Assembly (NCBI GenBank): GCA_036172245.1
Contig: JAYWIR010000083.1
Span: 248,001 to 312,000 of the forward strand
Direction: 5' to 3'
From: Raillietiella orientalis
Taxonomy: Eukaryota
Length of the DNA: 64,000 nucleotides
Shown here: one piece after another, positions 36,463 through 50,909 of the stretch
How positions within the stretch are numbered: position 1 is the first letter of the stretch
Layout of the letters: every line of letters begins with the position of its first letter
Notes under the pieces: generated by a model
Told to the model about the DNA's origin: nothing
The model's database searches: none
Seen by the model: only the letters and a program-made list of their open reading frames with translations
Translations under genes and position numbers: made by a program

Positions 36463-39400
36463 CACCCGGGTGAGCCGGGGCTATTAATACTAAAATTTCT
36501 TACAAAGGAAAAAATTCCGTAATAACGTCAATGTTTTTTCAGCAATGTTTGTCTTTTTGTCAGCACAGCAGGTCATTGATTTTTCTGGCACTTGTCCTTA
36601 CCGAACCGTATGCCGAGAAGTTCCTACAAACTGGCACAGGGGTGGGAAAAACAAAAAAAAAGAATATAAAGCAAAAAAAAAAAGAATAACACAGGGGGGA
36701 ACACTGTTTTGTCGGGAGGGGGAGCGAAGAGGGGATCAGGGTGCGCCGTGAGGAGGCCTTTGCATCCTGTTCCGGATGCGAACAAGTGCCGGCAAATTTT
36801 TTTGAAGTCGTCGCCAACGGCAGGCCTTCTCCAAATACTTGGCTGCCCAGTGGATGGCATTCCGACTGGTACTTTGTCTCCTTGACGAGGTCCACTTGTC
36901 CGGGATTCCGCGTTTGCAACAGAGCACTGCTACAGTTCCGGAAGCTGGCAAGGCGTCCCGCATCAGTAGGCGTTTAAATAAATTTTTCGTGTAACCGACC
37001 GGAATGTTTAATATCGACGAGAGTCGTTCCCACATCTCCCGGAGGGCAACACATTCCAGAATCAGGTGGGGGAAGGTCTCCCGTTCCCCGCACTCTGCAC
37101 AACTGGCATCCACACTCCCCGATGTCCATTGCTTAAAAGTCCACAATGCAGCTGAAGCAACGCCGTCTCCTGCCACTGCAGGGGAAGGGTGCCTTTGTCC
37201 CAAGACGCTGCGGGCCACTTCACCTCCTCCGGAGGTACGTAGAGCAGTGCACCCCATCGTGAAAGTCCATTCGGCGCGAAACTCGGGGTACTAGCGTCCG
37301 CTAGTTCCCGGGACGACCACGCCTTCAATAATTTTTTCCTGCCTCCGAAGAGGCAGGACACTTCCCACGATGCCTCCTGTTCGCTGTCCCGAACTTCCCT
37401 GAGGGAGGGCAGCACATTGGCAAGGAGGGTGAAAGAAGCCCACAGAAGTTTTCCTGGGTTGGATACGATGTGCTGCAGTGGCTGAGCAGCGTACCTGCCT
37501 ATACGGAGGCAGGAGAAGTCCTCATAGCTGGAGTTGTTGATCTTCGCCCATGCAGAAACCGACTTTTGAAGCCAGGTAGTCCAGTCCGCTGGGATGCAAG
37601 AGATCCAAGGGTTGTCTCTCATCAGGGCAACCAGATCCCGCAGCTGAAACCCACAATGGTTCAGGCTACCGTCGTTGGCTACCGGCAATGAAGTCAATCC
37701 GAAGCAGCCGGTTGCCCTGTGAGCAAGGAGTCTTGCGGGTGCACACCATTGTGCTGTCCAAAACTTTGCCACAAGGGCAAGTTTTCTGAATTGGAGCTGT
37801 CGCTCCATGCGCTCCAACGACAGGAGACCAAGTCCACCGTCTCTGCGTGGAGCGCACAAGTCTTTCAGCCGGACGCGGGGCCTCCGGTTGCCCCAGAGGG
37901 CTTTACGTATAAGGCCCCTAGTCCGTGTCCTAATTTGGTACGGGGTTGGGCACACAAAAAGTAGGGAGCGAAGGAGGGGGGCCGCGAAAGCGTTCCATAC
38001 CATCGCCAGTTCCTGCAAGTGAAACTTGCCGTTCCGGAACGGGCCGATCGCCAACTACACCTTTTGTAGAATGTCGGACCAGGCTTCTGCAGAGCAGAAG
38101 TCCCCCAACGCAACGCCAAGGTACTTGATGTACCTGCCCGTGGGGATCTCAAAACGGATCCAGGCCGACCGTCCGGCTGTTGTCGAGTCCGTGAATAGTA
38201 ACGCCGACTTCGTCCTGTTTACCTGGAGGCCTGTACCACGGTATAGCAACTCGAAGAAATGTTCGAGCGCCGATGCCGGGGTGGACCCGGGAAGCAGGAG
38301 CAGAAGATCGTCGTCAGAGGCCGCTACGGCTGGCGTGCCGGGGCAGGAGCTCGGCAAGGGGGCCAAAGTCTCCCTGTACGCTCTCAGCACCAAGTCAGCG
38401 TAGGTGCTAAAAAGCAGGGAGCTGGGGCTGTCGCCCTGCCTTATGCACCGCCGCACCGGCACGCCCTACACCTTTTGTCCACTGAAAGTAATCGAGATTA
38501 TCGCTTTCCGCCAGCAAGAGCGCGGGTATGTAATCAAGGAGGGTGGGAAGCCCATGCGACTCAGGAGCTCCAAGAGGATTTCCTGGTCAACACAGTCGAA
38601 AGCCTTATGGAGGTCGACTGCGATCGCTAAGGCCCCGTTTCTCGCATGAGGGTCCCTACCCTGTCCCACTAGCGGCCCCAAAGTAGGGTTGCAAATTTTC
38701 CCTTTCCCTTCTTTCTTACTCCTCTGCGCGTGCATCCATGTGCTCGCGCAGAAGAGGTTGTCCTCCATACTTCGCCCGGGAACAGCGTAAGTCTGCTCCG
38801 GACTAATTATGGAATTGGACACCTGCCCCAATCGCGACGCCCACAGTCCGGCAATCAACTTGGCGTCCGTGTTCACAATTGTGATGGGACGCCAGTTGTT
38901 CAATTTTCTCAGGTCTCCCCCTTTCGGAAGGAGCCTCACTCTGCCTGACCGAAACGAGGCGGGAACATCGCCTTCGTCTCGGATCAGCCTGGTCAACTGA
39001 AGCACCAGGGGGGCCAGCTCTTCCGCGTAGCACTGGAAGAACTCCGCGGGCAAGGCGTCCTCCCCTGGCGCCTTACGCCTTCTGAGCCTTTTGATACCGG
39101 CGAGAATTTCGCCGGTCGTAAAAGGCTCGTCGAGGCTTACCTTCTCCTCCCCTATTCCCGGGGCTCCCTCCGGAAGCAAACGACTGGAAACGTCCCGCTC
39201 CGTGGGGGCCTTGGCGTAAAGGGAGGAAGAAAAACACCGCACGAGGTGCCGTATTTGAGCCGCGGCCGACTGCTCCCGGCCCTGATCGTCCATCAGGCTG
39301 GCCGACCCGGATTGCCAGGCTTGACGTTCGGCCCCGGCTCGATACTCCGCCAGGCGACGGATATTGGGGGTCCTCGCGTAACGACGGGCGTATAAATACG

Positions 39401-39517
39401 CGCGTTCGTTACGGACCCCTTCCCCAAATCAGGGGGCAGGCGATGCAAGGGGAACTCCTCGCAGAATTCCCTGACCGAGGCCTTAAAGAGGTCCCAATCA
39501 GCGAGATTGCGGAGCGT
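36463..39517 (-). mobile_element. 3' half of a Tx1-like LINE (subfamily A, nest level 1), decayed ORF2 and 3' UTR
   Basis: ORF2 from TLRNLADWD through APGED.LP, WRPI, DLHKAFD, RQGD, YLG and CAECGERETFPHLILEC, with stops and frameshifts. Confidence 0.92.
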
Positions 39518-41690
39518 CGAGCGGACGTGTCTTTTCGTTGCTCCTGAGTTTCATTTCCGTTGGTGCTTGTGCGTGGTGTGCGTGGAGGATTAGGCAGCAA
39601 TGCCTGATACCACCACCGGTGAGGATCCGGGGGCGATGACCTCATTGCCCCCGGAGGAGATGGAGGTGGGGGCTCCCGCATCAGTGGAGGCTTCCGCCAG
39701 CATGGATGCGCCCCCGGCCCTACCCAGGGCTTGGAACGCCGTGGCTGCGGCACCTACGCCAGCGGCTATGGCGGAAATGCGCGCTTACCTGGAGGAGGGG
39801 TATAACCCACCCCTTCTATATAAGGTAGGCGGTCTATATTCTCCCGAGAACGCGCGCGCCTTCTCACAGGCGATGCGCGTTCTCGGCGTACAGAAAGAGG
39901 AGCTTCTGGCTATGTCCGTCAGAAGCGGGGGTCAATTTGTGGAAGTTATCTGCAAGGAGGCAACTCTTGCGCAGAGACTTCTGCGAACCCCCGTAATTAT
40001 GGGCAGCCGGAGGCTTCTCCCAATTACTGAAGACCGGTCGGTTATCCCTCACCTGACCGGTATCACGTTCCGGATGACGAAGGAGGCCGTCCGGAACGAA
40101 TTAGAAAAATTTGCAGCTGTCCACGCGCTGTGGGGAAAGCCTACACCTTTTGTCGATTACGACGGGGTGCTTGGCGGCCTGGGTGCAGCGCGAGTGACGG
40201 TTCGCGAGGGATGTGAGTTTCCCCATAAACTCACCGTCAACGGTGAATCCGTTGACGTGTGGTACGTGGGGAAACCCAAGTTTTGCGGCTGCCGCAGCAG
40301 CTTTGGTCACCTAAAAATGAGGTGTCCGAGCGTGCAGTGCCAGCAATGCAAACAAGCGGGGCACACCCGTCTGGTGTGCCCCCAAAACACAGTCCGCGTC
40401 GTGTCCGCGAAAAACGCGAGAAAGCGCGCGGCTAAAAAGAGGAAAAAGCTGGCAGCTCGTGCTGCTGCTAAGGAGGTCACTTCCGCCACCCAGGCGAAGG
40501 CCAGCTTCGAGACCCCGGCGAAAAACGCCGAAAAGGTCGAGGGCGAGGGTCAAGAGCCAGGGTGTCAGAAGGTCGATTTCAAGAAAAACTCCCATAAGAA
40601 GGGAAAGAACGTGGTGAAACGGAGCGAAACCGCTCTGCGCCGCGAAAAAATTAAAAGCTGCTGCGTCGTCGTAGAGCGGATTCCCGCCATCGACGAATGC
40701 GGCGCTAAAGAACTCGCTGCTGCCCCTGCTCAACCCTCCGTTGACAAAGTCAACAAGGAGGGGAGCGAGGCGGCGGCGTCCGTCATCGAGCCCACGCTCG
40801 ATGACGTCGCCTTCGAGCGCGCCGCGGAGGAGCTGGCTGCCTCGTTGCAGCCGGTTGCCCCCAAGGCTGGCAAGAAGGCCGTCAGGCGTCCGGCTTCCCC
40901 TCAGGAGTCGGCCACTTCCGACCCCGAGGTGAAGGCCGGAAACACAGCATCCATCTCCGCGGCACCCCGCAAATAGGCAGGACGAATGTCCACAATGCCC
41001 CGGAAGATCGTCTCCCCCGACGAAGGGGAAGAGATGGCTTCCGGTAGCGAGGGTGCCATGAGCGTGGGGAACTCCCGGGACCCGTCGACCGAGAGACTCC
41101 CACGCGCGGACACGGAGGGGATGGTGAGGATGGAGGCCGAACAGGTACCCCAGGCGCCTGAAGAGGCCTCCGTCCTCGTTCCGATGGTCCTCGTACCGAT
41201 GGACCTTTCCTACACCTGCCCCGCGGCAGGTGCCGCGACGCCACTTTCCCAGCCATAATGCCGGGAATCGCCTCTCGCCGTCGTCTTCTGATCGCCTGTT
41301 GGAACGTGAACGGGCTAAGCGACGACGGCAAGAGGCGTGACGTGGCAGCCACCCTGGCATCCTTCGACCTGGTGCTGCCGCAGGAGATCCACGTGATCTC
41401 CGCAGATCAAGCCCGGGAGATCGAACGGATCTCGAGTGGGCGGCTGTTGTGGCGTTGCGGCACCGCGAAATCAAGCGGTGTCGTCTTCCTGCTTCGGCCA
41501 GCCATCGAGACCTCAATAAAGGACGTTCGGTTCGATGACGCAGGTCGCGTCAGTCAGCTGACTCTCAGCTGGTCCGACTTTATCGATCTGGTCGTCACCA
41601 ACCTACACGCTCCTAGTGGAAACGCCGCGTTGAGGGCGAAGGCAAGAAGGGAGTTCTACCTTCCCTGAGACGCGATTGGCTGACCGAACT
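39518..41690 (+). mobile_element. 5' part of a Tx1-like LINE (subfamily B, nest level 2): ORF1 39600-41258 with one internal stop, APE start from 41258
   Basis: ORF1 has twin CCHC knuckles (CGCRSSFGHLKMRC, CQQCKQAGHTRLVC). TAATG stop/start overlap. ORF2 begins IACWNVNGL..QEIH..NLHAPS. Confidence 0.92.
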
Positions 41691-42770
41691 TTTTTTTCTT
41701 TTCTGGCCTTTACTAGCTTCTATCCTTCTTCCTCTCCCGCGTCTTCAGCAGGTTTTTCCTCCGACGCCTGGGTGGGAGGAACAGGAGATGGCGGCTGGAG
41801 CCGGCCAGTTACGCGATAAGGTCTTTCGTCCTTTTTTCATTTTTTTTTGCCTGTGCCTTTTTGGCAGCAGGTGGCACCGGGGTGGGGCGTTTGGAGCACA
41901 CGACGAACGTGTCCCTTAACCCCGCACAAGTGGCACTCGATATTCGCGCACCGCTTGTGCAAGTGCCCTACTGCATCGCAGTAGCCACAATAGCGGGGTT
42001 TCCCCACGTACCAGAGGTCGACGGATTCATTTGCGACCTTCACTTTGTGCGGCAAGCCACTGCCCTCATTAACCGTTACACGCGCTGCGGTCTGGCTCCG
42101 AAATGGCTATTGAAGCCTTCGAAAATGGTAGGCATTGGCCACAACGCATGTATCTCACCGTACATACTGAGTTCATTACTCACCGCAGATCGCGTCATGC
42201 GGTTCGTAATGCCGGTTAGATGAACCACTACGGAGCGGTCCATGCTAACCGGCAGGATCTTCCGGCCATCCACATTCAGCGGGGTGTTAATGAGGCGCTG
42301 TGTTAAGGCTACGTCTTTGCAGACGACCTCCACGCGCTGCCCCCCGCTGAGTACGGAGAGGCCGTCAAGATCCTCCTCGCGTACAGGGAAATCCTGCAGT
42401 GCCCTACTAAAAGCCCGGGCGGTGCGACCATCAAACAGGGGTCCTACCTTATAAACCAGAGATGGTTTATATCCTGAGGCCCTGTAGGCCGCTTGCTTTG
42501 CCAAGGTTTCCGCGCTCGGCGCGGTAACCATGGCGCTCCACGTCCTCGGCGTTGCCAAGGATGATTCCGGGGCGCACGCCCCTGATTCTGCAGGCTGTGG
42601 GGGTGGGCAAGCCTCCCCCACACCTACCTCCATCGTGGTGTCCTCAGGCGTCGCTGCCATCGGACACCAACGATGTTCCACACGAACACACACAAAGAAA
42701 AAACCGCTTCCTGTCGACTCGCTCGGGAGGTTAGGAAAAACACGTCCGCTCGCCAAGGGATTTGGGGCTG
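41690..42770 (-). mobile_element. 5' UTR and partial ORF1 of a Tx1-like LINE (subfamily A)
   Basis: MAATPEDTTMEVG..YKPSLVYKVG..CGYCDAVGHLHKRC..CHLCGVKGH; 3'-truncated. Confidence 0.9.
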
Positions 42771-45700
42771 TCACCCGGGTACGCCCGCGACGTTAATTGA
42801 AAAAACTCTGCATAAACGTGGTACGAGGCCCCACTAACGGCCACACAACACCGGACCTGCAGGGACGCCGGGACGCAGCCCGGCGTGACGCTCCTCGGCA
42901 GTGGAGGGGGATAGGGATCAAAACACAAAAAAATAAAGATATGAAAAGAAAAACAAAAAGAGTTTGGAGGGAGGGGAAGGGATCACAATCCACTGGGAGG
43001 AGGGCCCATCCTTCGCAGGATGCCCTCGAGGTCCATCTTCATGCTTCCCAGATGGGGCCACCTCGCAGCTCTCCGCATGAAGCAGACCGCATACGGGATG
43101 ACATCCCTCGCGTTGGCATCCACTCCTTCGTCGCGAATGTCGCTCCAGGCCGCCACGATGCCCCGGATGCAGCAGAGGGCTGCGGCGGGTTGCAAGGCGT
43201 CCCGCATTAAGAGGGGCCGAAGAACGTCTCTGGGCGCGCTGCCCATTAGGGACCCGAGGGTCGTCCCGAACCGTTCCCACAGGGTTCGGAGGGCAGCACA
43301 GTCAACAAGTGGGGGAGCTATTCCCGCTCCCCACACCTGGCACACTCAGGCCTTACACTTCCCCGCGTCCATTGGAAGCGGTGCGCGTTGCAGGGTAGAC
43401 CCCAGTGCAACAGTAGCAGCGCCGACTCTTGCCACTTAAGGGGGAGAAGCCTGGATCCGATTAATATTGGGGGCCACTTCAGGTCATCCGTCGGGATGCC
43501 GAGCAGCTCGCCCCACCTACGAAGTCCACGCGGGAGGGCATTCGGGGTTGTGGCATCTGGCAGTTCTCCCATGGTCCAACCGCTCATCTTCTTTTCCTTG
43601 CCTGCGATTCGGCAGGAGACTTGCCACTTTGGCTTGCAGCCGCTGGTTAAAGCTTTTCGTAGGAAGGGCAGGGTCGAAGCTAGGGGGGTAGTCTCCACCC
43701 ACGTGCTCCTGGCGGGACACTCCAGAGTAGTCCGCAGTGTGCAGCAGGCGTTGGGGCCGAATCGCAGGCGGTTCCAGTCCGGGGAAGTCTGGAGGTTCAG
43801 CTTGGCCCACGTCGCAAAGGATTCCTCCAGCCAGGCGGAGGAGTTGGCGGGGCTGCATACCGTGCAGTTGTGGTCTCTGACCAGGGCTTCCATGCGCCCA
43901 AGGAGAAGGCCGCATCTTCTGACCTTCCTGCCAGAGCACAGAAGGTACGACGCGATTCCTTGCGTCCTGGACACACGGCTGGCGAGGATGCGGGCCGGAA
44001 CGCACCAAGGGGTGCTCCATGACTTTGCTGCGATGGCGAGGGTGCGCGATCGCAGCTGTATGTCCACGCGCTCCAGCGTCAGGAGGCCGAGACCGCCGTC
44101 CCGACGAGGAGCGCATAAGTCATCTAGAGGCACACGTGGCCTCACGCTGCCCCAGAGGGCGATGCGGAGTAGGTCCTTGGTCCTCTTTTTAATGTCACGG
44201 GGGACGGGGCAAACAAAAAGCAGGGGGCGGAGGATGGGAGCCGCGAACGCGTTCCACACCGCGTCCCGTTCCGGCAGAAGGAACTTGCCTTCCAGGAACG
44301 GGCCGATTGCCCACTCTACCTTTTGGAGACGACCTGACCAGGCTTCTGCGAGGCAGAAGTCCCCCAACGGGACACCCAGGTACTTCAGGTACCTGTCCGC
44401 GGGGATCCCCAAGCGGATCCAGTCAGGCCGTCCGACCCACGTCGCACCCACCGGTACGACCGACGACTTCGCCTTTTTTACCCGAAGTCCAGTGCCACGA
44501 CTTAGCAGGTCGAAGAAATCCTCGACTGCGGCTGCTGGGGCGGACATGGGCAACATGAGCAGAAGGTCGTCGGCGTATGCTGCTACGGCGGGCGTGCCGG
44601 GGCACGAGCTGGGCAGGGCAGCCAAAGTCACCCTGTACGCTCTCAGCACCAACTCAAAGTAGGTGCTAAAGAGCATGGGAGTGAGGCTATCGCCCTGCCG
44701 TATGCCCCGCCGCATCGGCACGCCGTACACCTGTTGGCTGGAAAAGCAGATGTTAAGGATGGCGTTGCTCCAGTAGGAGCGCAGGAAGGAGAGAAGGGAG
44801 GGTGGGAAGCCCATGCGACCCAGGAGCTCCAACAGTAGCTCCTGGTCAACGCAGTCGAACGCCTTATGGAGATAGACCGCGATCGCTAGGGCCCCCTTCC
44901 CAGCCCGGGTGTCCATTCCCAGCAAAGCTGGCGGTCCCAAAGTGGGGTTGCCAAACTTTCCCCCTGTGTCGTTCAGGCAGCGCTGCACATGGAACCATGT
45001 GCTCGCGAAGAACAGGTTGGCATCCATACTTCGCCCTGGAGCAGCGTATGTCTGCTCCGGGCTAATTATGGAGTCTGCCACCTGTCCTAGACGCGAAGCC
45101 CACAGTCCAGCGACCAGCTTGGCCTCCGTATTGACAATTGTGATCGGACGCCAGTTGCCTAGGGATCTCAGGTCTCCTCCCTTCGGCAGGAGCCTCACAC
45201 GGGCTGACCGAAACGAGGCGGGAACGTCGCCTTCGTCTCGGATCAGCCCGGTCAACTGGAGCACCAGGGGGGCCAGCTCTGTCGCGAAGCATTGAAAAAA
45301 TTCCGCAGGCAGGCCGTCCTCCCCTGGCGCCTCACGCCTCTTAAGCCTTTTAATACCGGCGAGAATTTCACCGGTAGAAAAAGGCTCGTCGAGGCTGATC
45401 CTCTCCTCCTCCCCTATTGCCTGGCCTCCATCCGGGAGCAGGAGCCGCGAGGCGTCTCGCTCTGGCGGTGCCCTAGCGTAGAGGGAGGAATAATAATGCC
45501 GCACGAGGTGCCTGATCGCGGATGGGGCCGATCGCTCCCGGCCCTGGTCGTCCAGCAAGCTGGCCGACCCGGATTGCCAGGGTTGGCGCTCGGCCCCAAC
45601 TCGATATTCCGCGAGGCGACGGACATTGTCGGTCCTCTCGTACCGGCGGGCCTGTAGATATGCCCGATGGTTCCGAGACCCTTCTTGGAATCCGGGGGGC

Positions 45701-48415
45701 AGGCGGTGCAGGGGAAACTCCTCGCAGAACTCGCGGACCGAGGCCTCAAGAGGTCCCAGTCTTGGAGACTTCGGAGGGTGACGCCTCTCAGGAATTCGCG
45801 AAGGTGTTCTTTCCCACCTGAGAGCCGAGTCCCGTCCCCAGGCAGCCGCCACGCCCTGGACGGGGGTCCTTTGTAGCGCGGGCAAACCTCGGCGATGATC
45901 CTGGAATGGTACGACAGCGTCGAGGCAACTTTTCCCCGTTTGCCTACCCGCGAGCACAGGTCGACATCCAGGAAGAAGTCGTCGATACAGCGGTCCATTC
46001 CCTCCGCGTCTGCCAACAAGTTGCGCGTGCGCATGGCAGCGCACAACTCGTTGGCCGTGCGTTCTTGTGCTTCGGCCTCACCTGACAGTAGACGGAGATT
46101 AAAGTCCCCAGCTATCAGGTGTGCCTTCCGCACGTTCGTATCGGCCATCCAGTCGCGTTTCAGGGTTTCCAGCAACCTGATACGGTCGCTGTATCCCCCT
46201 TTCCCGCCTGGGGCGTACACGTTCGTGACGATCAATTCGATTGGGTCGGACCAGCTGAGAGTCAGCTGACCGACCCGACCGTCGTCATCGAAGCGTACGC
46301 CCTTCACGGCAGCGTCGATGGCCGGCTTCACCAAGAACGCGACCCCGCAGGTGTTGCGGGCGCCGCATCGCCAATACAGTCGACCCCCCGCGATCGCCTC
46401 GATCTCCTGGATGTCTGCCGCGGTGAACACGTGGATCTCCTGCAGCAGGGCCAGGTCGAAGTCACGCAGGGTGTCGGCCGTATCTCGTCTGTTGCCGTCG
46501 TCGCGCAGCCCGTTGACGTTCCAACTGGCCACGCGGATTCGACGGCGACAGGCGAGCCCAGGTGTTATTCCTGGGAAATCGGCTCTGCGGCGTCCGCCAC
46601 ATGTTGGAGCGGGACGCTAGGTGGAGGAGGAGGGACAGGTGCCTCTAGCACCTGGTCACCCTCTTCCATCGGTAACGGCACGTCGGGCGGTTCACCCTCA
46701 GGTGGGGTCGCGCCTACCTGCTGGCCCTCCTCCATAGGGGTGGACTCCTCAGGGTCCGCGACGGCAGGGGGGATTTCGCCTTCCTGCTCACCCTCCTTCA
46801 TGGGGGTGTCCTGCTCGACGGCTTCCGCGGGTGGGAGCTCCCCCTCCGGGATTCCCACGCTGCCGGCGACTTCCTGCTGCTCCTCCACGCTCGTGGAGGG
46901 GAGGCGCTTCCTCGGCTTTTGGGACTTGCGTCCCGTCTTCCGGGGTGTGCCTTCGAGGAGGAGGATGTACTTCCGGCCCCCAGTTTTAACTCACCTGCGG
47001 GGGCCTTGTTTACTGGAGCCGGTCTTCGCACGGCCTTGCGCGAGAGGTTCTCACGCTCAGCCAGCGTGGCCGCGAGCTCCTCCGCCGCCTTCGCGAAGGC
47101 GGCGTCCTCGACGGCGGCGAGAGCGTCGCGCGTCTCACCCTCTGTGCAAACAGAGGGTTCGCCGTCGCGAACCTCGGGCGCGGCGGAAACGGCGAGGGGA
47201 GGCTCGTCTCCCCGGGTGGCAGCCTCGGGAACGCTGATGCGCTCCAGTGCTACCGAGCACTCGCCGAGAGTTTTAGATCGCGGACCAGGTTTTTTCGCCT
47301 TCGCGACCGTCTTTTTCTCCGCCTTCTCTTGTGAACCCTTTTTGGGTTCCTTTCTGGCCTTTACCAGCGTCCATCCTTCTTCCTCGGCCGCGTGTTTGGC
47401 GGTTTCTTCCGCTGCAGCCTGGGTTGGAGGAGGAGGAGAAGGCTGCTGGGGTCGGCCATTCTCGCGATGACGTCTTTCGACCTTATTCATCTTTTTCGAC
47501 TGTGCCTTTTTGGCAGCAGGTGGCACTGGGCTGGGGCGTTTAGGGCACACCCGACGGACGTGTCCCTCTTCCTCGCACAAGTGGCACTCGATATTCGGGC
47601 ACCGCCTGCGCACATGCCCTACTGCATCGCAGTAGCCACAATAGCGGGGTTTCCTCACGTACCAAGGGTCGACGGGCTCCTTTCCGACCTCCAGTTTGTG
47701 GGGTAACCCAACACCCTCGTTCACAGTGACACGCGCTGCTGCCTGGCCACCAAAGAGGCTTTGATAGCCGTCAAAAATGGTTGGCTTTGGCCACAGCGCG
47801 TGCACATCTTCGTATTTCCTCAATTCCGCGTTCACCGCAGAGCGCGTCATGCGGTTTGTGATCCCCGTTAGATGGACCACTACGGAGCGGTCCATGCTAA
47901 CGGGTAGGATCTTTCGGCCAGCCACATTCAGCGGGGTGTTGATGAGGCGCTGCGCAAGGGCTACGTCTTTGCAGACGACCTCCACGCGTTGCCCCCCGCT
48001 GAGTATGGCGAGGCCGTCAAGATCCTCCTCACGCACGGGGAATTCGTGTAGTGCCTTGCTAAAGGCACGCGCGGTGCGACCGTCGAACAGGTTTCCTACC
48101 TTATAAACCAGGGATGGTTTATATGCGGAGGCCCTGGAGGCCGCTTGCTCAGCCAAGGTTTCCGCGCTCGGCGCGGCGACCATGGCGCTCCAGCTCCTCG
48201 TTTTGGGCGACGAGGGCGATTCCGGGGCGGATGCCCCTGATTCTATAGGTCGTGGGGGGGGCTAGCCTCCCTCACGCCTACCTCCATCGTGGTGTCCTCT
48301 GGCAGCGATGCCATCGGACACCAACGATGTGAAAAAGCACACACTGAACCAAAAAAACAAACGCTTTCCGCTGCTCGTTCGGGGAGGGCCGGAAAAACAC
48401 GTCCGCTCTCGAGGA
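42771..48415 (-). mobile_element. Full-length Tx1-like LINE (subfamily A, level 3) with frameshifts
   Basis: 5' UTR, ORF1 ~48310-46565, ORF2 ~46565-42983 (APE, RT YADD, CCHC), and a 3' UTR with the terminal hairpin. Confidence 0.95.
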
Positions 48416-50665
48416 GCGGGATTTGGGAAGGGGCCGCGTAACGAAAGGTGCTATCTTCAGGCCCGACCTTACGCGAGAACCCCGGATATGCGGACTTTAG
48501 CAGAGTATCGAGCAGGAGCCGAGAGGCAAGCCTGGCATTCCGGGACGGCTAGCTTACTGGACGACCAGGGCCGGGAGCACTCGGCTCTTGCTCAAAAGCG
48601 CGGGATTGTGAACAAATTTTACTTCTCCCTGTACGCCAGGGCGCCTCCGGAGCGAGACGTCTCACGACTTCTGCTTCCGGAAGGTGCTAAAGCGATCGTG
48701 GAGGAGGAGAAAAGAAGCCTCGACGAGCCTTTCACGATGAACGAGATCCTAGCGGCCATCGGAAAGCTCAAGAGGCGGAATGATCCAGGGGAGGACGGCC
48801 TGCCCGCGTAGTGTTACCAAACTTTCGCGGCTGAGCTTATCCCCCTGCTACAGCAACTCACCTTGCTGATTCGCTAGACAGGTTACGTTCCCACCTCGTT
48901 TCGTTCTGCAAAGGTGCGGCTCCTCACGAAGGGAGGAGACCTAAGGAGCATGCACAACTGGCGTCCCATCACAATAGTGAATGCGGACGCCAAGTTGATA
49001 GCCAAGATGTGGGCAGAGCGTCTGGGACGGGTTGGAACAGACATACGCTGTTCGCGGGCGAAGCATGGAGGCGAACCTGTTCCACGCTTCCACATGGTTA
49101 GAGCTCCAACAAGGAAGGAGCTTATTGAGCAGTCGGAATTCCGGTGCGTCTGTTGGCGGGAGACGGAACGGTCGGGTGGGGAAGGGAGCCCTTGCGGTCG
49201 CTCTCGACTTGCGTAAAGCATTCGACAGCGTCGACCAGAATCTTTTGCTGGAGCTTCTGGAACGCTTGGGCTTCCCGGCCTCTTTGTTGGCCTACCTGAG
49301 CTCCAGCTGGCGCGACGCGCTCATTAATGTTCTTTTCAGCGGGCAAACCGTGCACGGAGTACCGGTGCGACGCGGCATACGGCAGGAAGACAGCCTGAGC
49401 ACCCTGCTCTCTGGCGCCTTTTTCGAATTGGTGCTGAGAGCGTACAGGGAGACTCTTGCGCACCTGCCGTGCGATTGCCCCGGTACGCCTGCGGTTTCGG
49501 CGTACGCGGACGATCTTCTGCTGCTGCTGCCTATGCCCACCCCGGCCTCGGCGGTCGAGGACTTCTTCGACCTGCTGAGTCGTGGAACAGGACTGTCGGT
49601 GAACAGGGCGAAGTCGTCCGTAATGCCAGTCGGAGCGGCGTGGGCAGGGCAGCAGGACTGGGTCCGTTTGGGGATCCCCACGGTGAGGTACTTCAAGTAC
49701 CTTGGTGTGCCGTTGGGGGATTACTCCCCTGCGGAAGCGTGGTCCGGCTGCCTTCAGAAGGCTCAGGAGGCGATCGGCCCGTTCCAGGACGGCAGGTTCT
49801 TCCTGCATGAACGGGCCGCGGCGTGGAACGCGTTTGCGGCACCCCTCCTTCGTCCCTTGCTTTTTGTTTGCCGTATCTCAGCGGAGTCAAAGAAGAGGAC
49901 GAAGGACCTCCTGAGGAGCGCCCTTTGGGGCAGAGGGAGGCCCCGAGTCCGTCTTTCGGACTTGTGCGCTCCTCGTCGGGATGGTGGTCTGGGCCTGCTG
50001 ACGTTGGAGCGGCTGGAGCTACAGCTCCATTTCCGAGTTGTCGCCTTTATGGCAGAAAATTGGTGCACCCCTTGGTGCCTCCCTGCACGTCTCCTCGTCG
50101 AGCGGGCCACCGGCAATGCGGAACTCTCGTGCTACTTTGCACTCCGAAGCCCCATCTGCCACTGCGGACTTCAACTTCGGAGGGTGGCCAAGCTCGTGAA
50201 GGACAACTCGACGCGGATCCTCGCACGCCCCGGGAACGGTCCTGCCTAGCTGCAGGAACCCGTGCGCACGTGGGCGATGATTCAGGAGCAGAGCTCGCAA
50301 CACGAGCGAATAGCTCTGTTCGGGCCGCATGTCCACCGCACGCTCCGAGAAATCATCGAGAATCCCCGAAGGAGAGCGTGGGCACAAAGAACCTCCCTTT
50401 CTGCGGTACTGCCTACCCTATGGGAACATCTGGGCAGCGACATCGCGGCACAATGGGAGGTTACTGTCAAGATCGCCAGCAGGGCAAAGAAGATCGGGGA
50501 TTGGAGAACGGGTCAGCTCACCAACGCGGCGACCCCGAGGACCACCATAAATGGACTCTGGCGCTGGGGAGAGCTACTTGATGTTCCAGAGGAACATCTC
50601 GAGTGGCCCTCGGTGCTCATGGACTCGCGCACCCTCTTCATGAAGTGGCAACAGTCGGCACTGCT
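48416..50665 (+). mobile_element. Middle ORF2 segment of the level-2 (+) Tx1-like LINE
   Basis: GFGKGPRN.. through DLRKAFD and YADD to ..KWQQSAL, with stops and frameshifts. Confidence 0.92.
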
Positions 50666-50909
50666 TTTACACCCGGGTGCGCCGGGGCGTTTATTTCTTT
50701 AATAAAAAAATAAACAAGCAAGTGTAGGGCTATCTCCCCTACAGTGTTCAGAACATGTTCTTCTGAACTCGCCGAGTGGGCAGCACGCAGGCTCCCAAGG
50801 TCGACTCGGCAGCGGAGGGGGAAGGGACAAATAGAAAAAAAGAAGAAAACACTATTTACAAAAGCAGGGAGGGGTTGGGGAGGGGATTACGTTCCGCTGG
50901 AGACGTCCT

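Noticed and set aside
43388..44662. Long antisense ORFs (424 aa here; also 40311-41516, 46119-47237, 57578-58720)
   Set aside because: Shadow frames of GC-rich LINE coding sequence with no independent motifs.
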